In this document: one piece after another, positions 58,399 through 64,000 of the stretch
Layout of the letters: each line of letters starts with the position of its first letter
How positions within the stretch are numbered: the first letter of the stretch is position 1
Virus record (IMG/VR): IMGVR_UViG_3300025617_001208
Span: 12,885 to 76,884 of that record
Length of the DNA stretch: 64,000 nt
Reading direction: 5' to 3' (one strand)
Source: a virus
Position numbers and translations under genes: made by a program
Notes under the pieces: model-generated
The model's input: only the letters and a program-made list of their open reading frames with translations
Databases searched by the model: none
Told to the model about the DNA's origin: nothing

Positions 58399-60240
58399 TT
58401 ATCTTGGCCTTTGCGGTATTTCAGGATATTTAATACCTTCTCCGCTATCCCATACATCACTGATTAGCCCTCTATCAGTGGCAAGTCTCGATTCGTCTTC
58501 AATAGGAATATGAATATCCTGGCTATCTGGCTTGGCTTCTGTTTTATCTGGCGTAACTGCGGCAGGATCCCAATTTTCATGCCCGCTCCACGGTTCGTGT
58601 TGTGGAACTCTGCCTGGAAATAATGCTGCCAATGATACTTCTTGTATAATTGGCGATTCTATAGAAGGTTCTGCTGCTGTTGCTTCTGTTGCGGTAGCTG
58701 CTGTAGGGCCGTTCATATGGATTGGAACAGCAGTTTCGTAGTGTCCTTTTCCACTGCTAATATTACTACTGCCGCCGCTAGTTATTTTAGTATCTTTTCC
58801 AACTAAAATTTCACAGTTTGCACCAACTTGTAGTTTCATATCACCCGAACCCGATATGCCTTCAATTCCTTCTAGTGCAGTATAAAATAAACTCTTATCA
58901 GCTGTTATGTGTGTGTTTTCAAAAGATTTTGAAAATATATTTTTTTCGCTTAAAATATGCATATCTTGGAGAGATGTGATATGAGTTTGCAAATAACTAT
59001 TAAACATATTTCTTTCGCCAGCAGTAACATAATTGTCTTGAACTGCATATAACTCTATGTTAGTTGCAGCACTCGTTTTGTATGTTTCTCCTACACGATT
59101 TTCAATATTTTTACCTACGGTGTGATATTGATTCTGAACAGCATTAGTGTTGATGTTTCTACCTGCTTCTAAATTAATATCTCTATCAGCAACAAAATTA
59201 ATGTCTTGTTCACTATGAACACTTATACTATCCTGTGCGTAGATATCAATTTTACCATTACTAGATAATTCAATCCAGCTTGTTCCTCTTCCGTTTGAAA
59301 TATAAATTAAATCTTCGCTGTTGTGTAATAAGATTTGATGTCCTGTACGTGTTCTTAAACGAACCATTTCGTTGTGCGGAATAGATTTATCGCCGCCGGA
59401 ACTTAATTCTTGATCAATATATTCATAAGGAACGCTATCTGCTGGCCCTTTGCGTAATCTTTTATCATCGCCGTCGTCAATTACAATGCTCTGTCCACCT
59501 AATCTACTTTTTGGAACAGTTGCTTTATTATCTTTTGTGCCTCGTTGTGCCCTTGGTCCTGCTTTGTCCACTGGTCCTGGACTACTCATTCCATAAACCG
59601 AACTAGGTATTTCTCTTCTAGCACTTGTACTTGTTATACCACGAATATCGTCTTCTGCTAATCCTGATTCTTTTAACTTTTCTATAAATTTTAAGTTAAG
59701 AGGCTTTTTGTTTTTTGTAGGATCTTTTTGTTTTTCGCCATCTGTTTTTTTGTTGTATTCTGCTGTTGGTAGTTTTTTACCTTTTACACCTTCTGGAGGT
59801 TTTCCTTTATAGTACTCAGTTGCAGGCTGTCCGCCTGGAACCATAAAGTTCATAAATCTATCTTGAATACAAGCAAACCAATAACCCCTATTAACATCTC
59901 CGTCGACAAAACCACATAATACCCGTGTTCCTACGTCCGGAGGAACTGCCCAAAACCCATAACTTTGCTGTGTATCAGAATATGCTTCACCTGGTGTTAA
60001 ATGTTCAGCAGGAGTAGTTCCATAAAAAACAGGAGCATAATCAACATCGATCGTTTCGCCAACGTCTTCTAGTTCGTTGCCAGCAGTATCAAAGTTAATT
60101 ATTGTAACTTTTAAACCTCCCATATAATGAGGGTCTAAATGACTAACAATACGCCCAACTTTAAAGCCGTATTTTTTAGCACTGTTAGGATCATCCTGTG
60201 TTCTTGTTAACTCATTATTTTTTGTATTATCTTGTGACAT
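58399..60240 (-). CDS. baseplate hub/central spike protein (gp5/VgrG-like, no lysozyme domain seen)
   Basis: N-terminal OB-fold motifs (DP.YMGGLKV, SYGFWAVPPDVGTRV), RTRTGHQI, SWIEL...GKIDI, repetitive beta-helix region, C-terminal RVPQHEPW.GHE. Confidence 0.75.
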   Translation of the reverse strand: MSQDNTKNNELTRTQDDPNSAKKYGFKVGRIVSHLDPHYMGGLKVTIINFDTAGNELEDVGETIDVDYAPVFYGTTPAEHLTPGEAYSDTQQSYGFWAVPPDVGTRVLCGFVDGDVNRGYWFACIQDRFMNFMVPGGQPATEYYKGKPPEGVKGKKLPTAEYNKKTDGEKQKDPTKNKKPLNLKFIEKLKESGLAEDDIRGITSTSARREIPSSVYGMSSPGPVDKAGPRAQRGTKDNKATVPKSRLGGQSIVIDDGDDKRLRKGPADSVPYEYIDQELSSGGDKSIPHNEMVRLRTRTGHQILLHNSEDLIYISNGRGTSWIELSSNGKIDIYAQDSISVHSEQDINFVADRDINLEAGRNINTNAVQNQYHTVGKNIENRVGETYKTSAATNIELYAVQDNYVTAGERNMFNSYLQTHITSLQDMHILSEKNIFSKSFENTHITADKSLFYTALEGIEGISGSGDMKLQVGANCEILVGKDTKITSGGSSNISSGKGHYETAVPIHMNGPTAATATEATAAEPSIESPIIQEVSLAALFPGRVPQHEPWSGHENWDPAAVTPDKTEAKPDSQDIHIPIEDESRLATDRGLISDVWDSGEGIKYPEIPQRPR

Positions 60241-60249
60241 TCTGTTTCC

Positions 60250-62370
60250 TTAAAACGGTGTATATGGACCGGTTGCACCATCTTGAAGAATTGTTGTAGT
60301 TTCTTCTTGAGGCACTTCGTCTTGATTTCTAAGTCTTAATAAGTTTAACCTTTGAGTAAATTTACCACCGCTAATTGTATTAGAAATTGCTAACACTCTA
60401 TATAACCCACTAAACGCATCAACCGCTATAGACTGATCTTCTGGAAAAAACATACCGCCTGTAGCATCATTATAATCAATAGGTGTTCTAAAATTAACAA
60501 TTACACTTGTTTCACTACGTTGATAGTCTAAGCTCCCGTCTGAGTTTACAAATAACGAAGATTCTGGGCTGTTGTAATTTCCCATACCGCTATCTGCCAT
60601 AAAATAAGGATCGCCAAAAATATCTAAATCAAGTTCTAGTAAATCTACATCACTATTAACAATTAAATTATGAAATTGCTGTGCAGCAGATATTTTACTA
60701 TTACTAATACCATTTCCTCCAGCACTGCTAGTATTAGATGATAACAAGTTACCAGTTTTTGCTAAACCGCCGGGATTCTCAACACCACTACTAGTTGAAA
60801 CTTGTACGTATTCAACTGCGGTTTGATTAGTATTATCTTGCGTTGCACCTGTAGCATGATCGTTGTTGATATTTCCTAAGTCTGTTTTTAAACCTACAAA
60901 AAAAGCTGCGTTTAATCTTATATCAAAATTTAAAATATCACTATTTTCTCCAGTATAGATATAATTATATTCTTTTGCAACAGAATTTTGCATCGGGCCA
61001 TACCCTGGGCCGCCTGTGGTTGGTAATTGAATTGTACTCATATGAACTTTGTAAGGAACAACTTCATATACATAAGTCCTAGCAAGTCTGCCACTGTGTC
61101 TTTGCTGAGTTTTATTTCCATCTAATAAAACTTTACTTTGTACTCTAAACCAATCAATATAACCGTTAGTATCTGGCGATATTTCAGTTAATCCTTGTCC
61201 CCATTTACTACTTAAAATAACATCTTCAATAACTTTAGTAATTTTTGTATTCTGACCATAGCTATAAACTCGCAATTCGTTGTCAAGTGTTATATCACTC
61301 CGATTAAAAACATCATTTCTATACTGTTTTAATTCAGTAGGCATAGGAGTTTTACCAGTTTCTTGAAATCCATCAATTATTTTAGCTGCGCCAAAGTCAT
61401 TAAGTCCTAAAGATTCTGCAACTCCAAAATCTTCTTGCTGATCTGCAACAAAATTATCAACATAATTTTTTATTGAAGGATCTACTGTATTTTGTCCTAC
61501 TCCGCTATCTAAAACGCCGGTTTGAAATCCTGATATTACTGCACCAGGCACCCCTTGATTAGCAACATCCATATTTTGCTGTGCTGCATCAATTTGTGTA
61601 GCTTGCAAAGTTCCTAAATTATTAGTAGAAGAGATAGATTGCGGAAAGATAATTGCAATGCTATCAGCTTCAACTTCTTTACCTTCTGCTACTTGTCGTT
61701 GTAAGTTTGCATTTAATACAGTTGACAAGCTAAACGGACCGTCTTGTAATACTTCTGCAACAGTTCTACCAGTAATTTGTATATCGCTATTAGTTCTTTC
61801 TATTTGATCAAAAAATGCACTTTCGTTCCATGGAATTGCTTCAATAGAATATTGACTGCCGCTTGCAGATACATCAAATTGCATGTCAGTTAATTGTATT
61901 GGATAATGTCTAGTTAGATTATCTTGCACTGCAACCGGATATCCGTCGTCGTCGTATCCAATAAACTCAATAGAAAGCAGGTAAGGAGTATCTAAGTAGT
62001 TTACATATTCATTTCCGTATGCTTCTTTGGCTGCAATAGCTATTGTCTGTAAAAATAACCCCATTGAATACGGTTCTATAATATCAAAAGATATTGCAGT
62101 AGCATTAGAGCTACGAGTTGTACTATTATTCATAACTAAACTTTCGATGTTTACATTATCAATAAAATATTCTAACTTTATGCCCAGTCTGTCTTCATAA
62201 TAAGTTGTTGTCTTGTTTACTGCGCCGCCGCCTGATCTCAAAAGAACATGACTAGGTTCTCTAATCTTGTATGTTGAATTAGGAGAATTTATTTCTCCAG
62301 CAGTTAATACAGATAAAGTAAAAATAGTATTAAATGTACTAAATTGATGTAACGGATTGTTTAAAGACAT
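60250..62370 (-). CDS. baseplate hub/tail protein (gp27-like position)
   Basis: 706 aa; IIEPYS, KEYNYIYTGEN, I.GDPY, FSGLYRV..I...ISGGKFTQ.L motifs; lies between the gp53-like and spike genes. Confidence 0.6.
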   Translation of the reverse strand: MSLNNPLHQFSTFNTIFTLSVLTAGEINSPNSTYKIREPSHVLLRSGGGAVNKTTTYYEDRLGIKLEYFIDNVNIESLVMNNSTTRSSNATAISFDIIEPYSMGLFLQTIAIAAKEAYGNEYVNYLDTPYLLSIEFIGYDDDGYPVAVQDNLTRHYPIQLTDMQFDVSASGSQYSIEAIPWNESAFFDQIERTNSDIQITGRTVAEVLQDGPFSLSTVLNANLQRQVAEGKEVEADSIAIIFPQSISSTNNLGTLQATQIDAAQQNMDVANQGVPGAVISGFQTGVLDSGVGQNTVDPSIKNYVDNFVADQQEDFGVAESLGLNDFGAAKIIDGFQETGKTPMPTELKQYRNDVFNRSDITLDNELRVYSYGQNTKITKVIEDVILSSKWGQGLTEISPDTNGYIDWFRVQSKVLLDGNKTQQRHSGRLARTYVYEVVPYKVHMSTIQLPTTGGPGYGPMQNSVAKEYNYIYTGENSDILNFDIRLNAAFFVGLKTDLGNINNDHATGATQDNTNQTAVEYVQVSTSSGVENPGGLAKTGNLLSSNTSSAGGNGISNSKISAAQQFHNLIVNSDVDLLELDLDIFGDPYFMADSGMGNYNSPESSLFVNSDGSLDYQRSETSVIVNFRTPIDYNDATGGMFFPEDQSIAVDAFSGLYRVLAISNTISGGKFTQRLNLLRLRNQDEVPQEETTTILQDGATGPYTPF

Positions 62371-62672
62371 TAAATTCCTAGTACCCTTTTAATATTTGAA
62401 CTCTTTGGCAAGAAAATTTGTATTCCTGCTTTAAAATCATTTATAGGATCTTCAATAGTGTCCATATTTCTTTGTGTAAATATCCACCATAATTTAGTAT
62501 TACCGTATAAGTCGTATGCTAACAAGTCTGGTCTACTTTCGTACTGCGGTTCTATTGTATAAAGTATATCATCATCCTGTGCCGGAACAGGCCTTATACT
62601 GAAATATCCCAATGATCCATCCTTAGCTAGTGGAGTAGAAGCATAAGGGCTTGCATTACTATACTCTGCCAT
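62370..62672 (-). CDS. baseplate wedge protein (gp53/LysM-like)
   Basis: RPDLLAYDLYGNTKLWWIF..RN signature. Confidence 0.8.
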   Translation of the reverse strand: MAEYSNASPYASTPLAKDGSLGYFSIRPVPAQDDDILYTIEPQYESRPDLLAYDLYGNTKLWWIFTQRNMDTIEDPINDFKAGIQIFLPKSSNIKRVLGI

Positions 62673-63481
62673 TATAAATATCCTTGATCAATTAAATTAC
62701 CATTAACAAAACTATCTAAACTAAATTGATTAACTTTGTTTCTGCTGTATGCAACTTTAAACACACACGTAATTGTGCTTAATGTAGGAACCATACCGTT
62801 ATTAGACAGTCCAAATCCGTCAACATCTGCACCTGTAGAAAATTCTGATTTAATATAATCTACATCAGCTGGTAAATCTACAGTAAACGATGTAAGTAAA
62901 ACAGGAATATTTTTTAAAACATAATCTCCATATCCATTTAGTTTCATTAAGGGCGGTGGAGCTCCTTTATTACTAGTTTGACCATATGACATTTTGCTAA
63001 CACTTCGTAAAAAGTGAACTGCGGCTATCCAATACTTTCCATCTTCAGAATTTTGTACTGGAAACTGTCCAGATACTTGAATATCTTCAACTCTGCTACT
63101 TTCATATTGCGGAAAAGCATAATTATTATGTGTATGAGTTAGTTCATTGTAGTTTGCACTTTGACTAAGTAGTACTGTAGGCACGGTTGGCCAAACTAAG
63201 GAGTTATTTGTATTTCTTAATGGAGCAAGAATAGGACTACTAGAAAATGCACCAGTTGAAGGCATCGAGATTCGCACTCTCCAATCGTCAGTGTACTCAT
63301 CAGTGTAACTAAAACTAGCCTGTACAGCGTTAGCTTGTGCTGGTTCTGCTCCGGGTCGAATGTTTCTACTTCTTATACTAGACATTAGGTTGTTGACATT
63401 GCCTAAAAAATCCGATATAGGGGTGTTATTGTTAGATTGATTGCCTGAAAAATTTGAAGGCGAACTTACTCGAGTAGTCAT
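62672..63481 (-). CDS. tail tube initiator/baseplate-tail junction protein (gp48/gp54-like)
   Basis: P..P.V...SANY, H.NY, FLRSVSKM.YG, G.PPP...L.GYG...P....SF...LP.DVDY; AGGAG RBS. Confidence 0.6.
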   Translation of the reverse strand: MTTRVSSPSNFSGNQSNNNTPISDFLGNVNNLMSSIRSRNIRPGAEPAQANAVQASFSYTDEYTDDWRVRISMPSTGAFSSSPILAPLRNTNNSLVWPTVPTVLLSQSANYNELTHTHNNYAFPQYESSRVEDIQVSGQFPVQNSEDGKYWIAAVHFLRSVSKMSYGQTSNKGAPPPLMKLNGYGDYVLKNIPVLLTSFTVDLPADVDYIKSEFSTGADVDGFGLSNNGMVPTLSTITCVFKVAYSRNKVNQFSLDSFVNGNLIDQGYL

Positions 63482-63498
63482 ATTAATCTCCTGTATAG

Positions 63499-63504
63499 TA
63501 TTTA
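63499..63504 (-). promoter_or_regulatory. T4-type late promoter core TAAATA for the tail operon
   Basis: Upstream of the AGGAG RBS and ATG 63481. Confidence 0.6.
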
Positions 63505-63505
63505 G

Positions 63506-63534
63506 TTGACAAAATAAAGTGCGTGTATTATAAT
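63506..63534 (+). promoter_or_regulatory. consensus sigma70 promoter TTGACA-N17-TATAAT
   Basis: Perfect -35 (63506-63511), 17-bp spacer, perfect -10 (63529-63534), upstream of ATG 63557. Confidence 0.85.
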
Positions 63535-63556
63535 TAATTAAAACTAGGATATTTTA

Positions 63557-64000
63557 ATGAAAAGAGTAAATTATTTAAACAACAAAGACATGTTAGCCGA
63601 GATACATAAATCAAAAGCAACATTTTGCAGTTACGTTGCACCAGAATATGCACATTATGATATTATTTTGCCAAGTGTTGACAAAATAAACATTAGAACA
63701 GTAGCAGAAGCTAAAAGAAATAAAGCAAAACTACAAAGTCAACGTGCATACGAGCAGCAAAAAGCTATTAATAAGAAAACAAAAATGGCAGATTGCGAAG
63801 TAGACTACAAAACAATTAAAAAACAAGATCTTGTCTTTCGTATTATGATGTTTGACCACGTGCCAGACGAACCCGGGCGTAAAAAGAACCCAAAAACAAT
63901 GGCAGATACCAAAACAAAACTTAATTTTCCACCATTTCAGCATTATAAGTTTGACGATGACGACAATTTAATTTGTGTAGGAAAAAGTCATTGGAAGGGC
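63557..64000 (+). CDS. gp55-like late transcription sigma factor (5' part; runs off the window edge)
   Basis: Not in the ORF track. Open frame of 148 codons from ATG 63557: MKRVNYLNNKDMLAEIHKSK... The NY.NNK start resembles T4 gp55; AGGA RBS. The diagnostic C-terminal region is outside the window. Confidence 0.6.
   Translation, partial: MKRVNYLNNKDMLAEIHKSKATFCSYVAPEYAHYDIILPSVDKINIRTVAEAKRNKAKLQSQRAYEQQKAINKKTKMADCEVDYKTIKKQDLVFRIMMFDHVPDEPGRKKNPKTMADTKTKLNFPPFQHYKFDDDDNLICVGKSHWKG

Noticed and set aside
33249-58741. Numerous short plus-strand ORFs (60-146 aa) inside the structural genes
   Set aside because: Fully antisense to long, motif-bearing genes; no RBS or recognisable domains
63731-63943. 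70-aa Cys/Phe-rich minus-strand ORF
   Set aside because: Antisense to the gp55-like gene, which has a perfect promoter and an RBS
1-64000. Stop-codon reassignment, introns/inteins, tRNAs
   Set aside because: Coding density is near complete in the standard code with TAA, TAG and TGA all used as stops; no interrupted genes, homing endonuclease motifs or cloverleaf-sized intergenic gaps seen

Overview
AT-rich (roughly 30% GC by eye), gene-dense segment of a large T4-like/jumbo myovirus genome, read in the standard genetic code. No rRNA, tRNA, CRISPR array, integrase or IS element was seen. The right half (about 30.3-63.5 kb, minus strand) is a contractile-tail morphogenesis module: gp48/54-like, gp53-like, hub, gp5-like spike, a Gly-rich protein, gp25, gp6, a 4,529-aa baseplate protein, three related tail-fibre genes and two paralogous virion proteins. 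It is followed by the divergent 5' end of a gp55-like late sigma factor. The left half (1-32.4 kb, continuing off the left edge) is the most unusual part: a dense enzyme cluster directly downstream of the tail-fibre genes. It holds 13 radical SAM genes: 7 with an N-terminal twitch domain (one truncated by the window edge), 5 of the C-terminal twitch/SPASM type (one split into two genes) and 1 cobalamin-binding type. It also holds 4 Fe(II)/2-oxoglutarate oxygenases, 4 GT-A-type glycosyltransferases, a SAM methyltransferase, an SDR, a nitroreductase fused to a phycobiliprotein/globin-like domain, and a GDVTG/GNVTG-repeat fibre-like protein. My best inference is a phage-encoded virion (glyco)protein hypermodification system; its function is not demonstrated here. 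Promoters of both T4-late type (TAAATA) and sigma70 type are visible, including back-to-back TATTTA-N4-TAAATA elements and apparently leaderless genes. Family assignments come from motifs read by eye; no database search was run.
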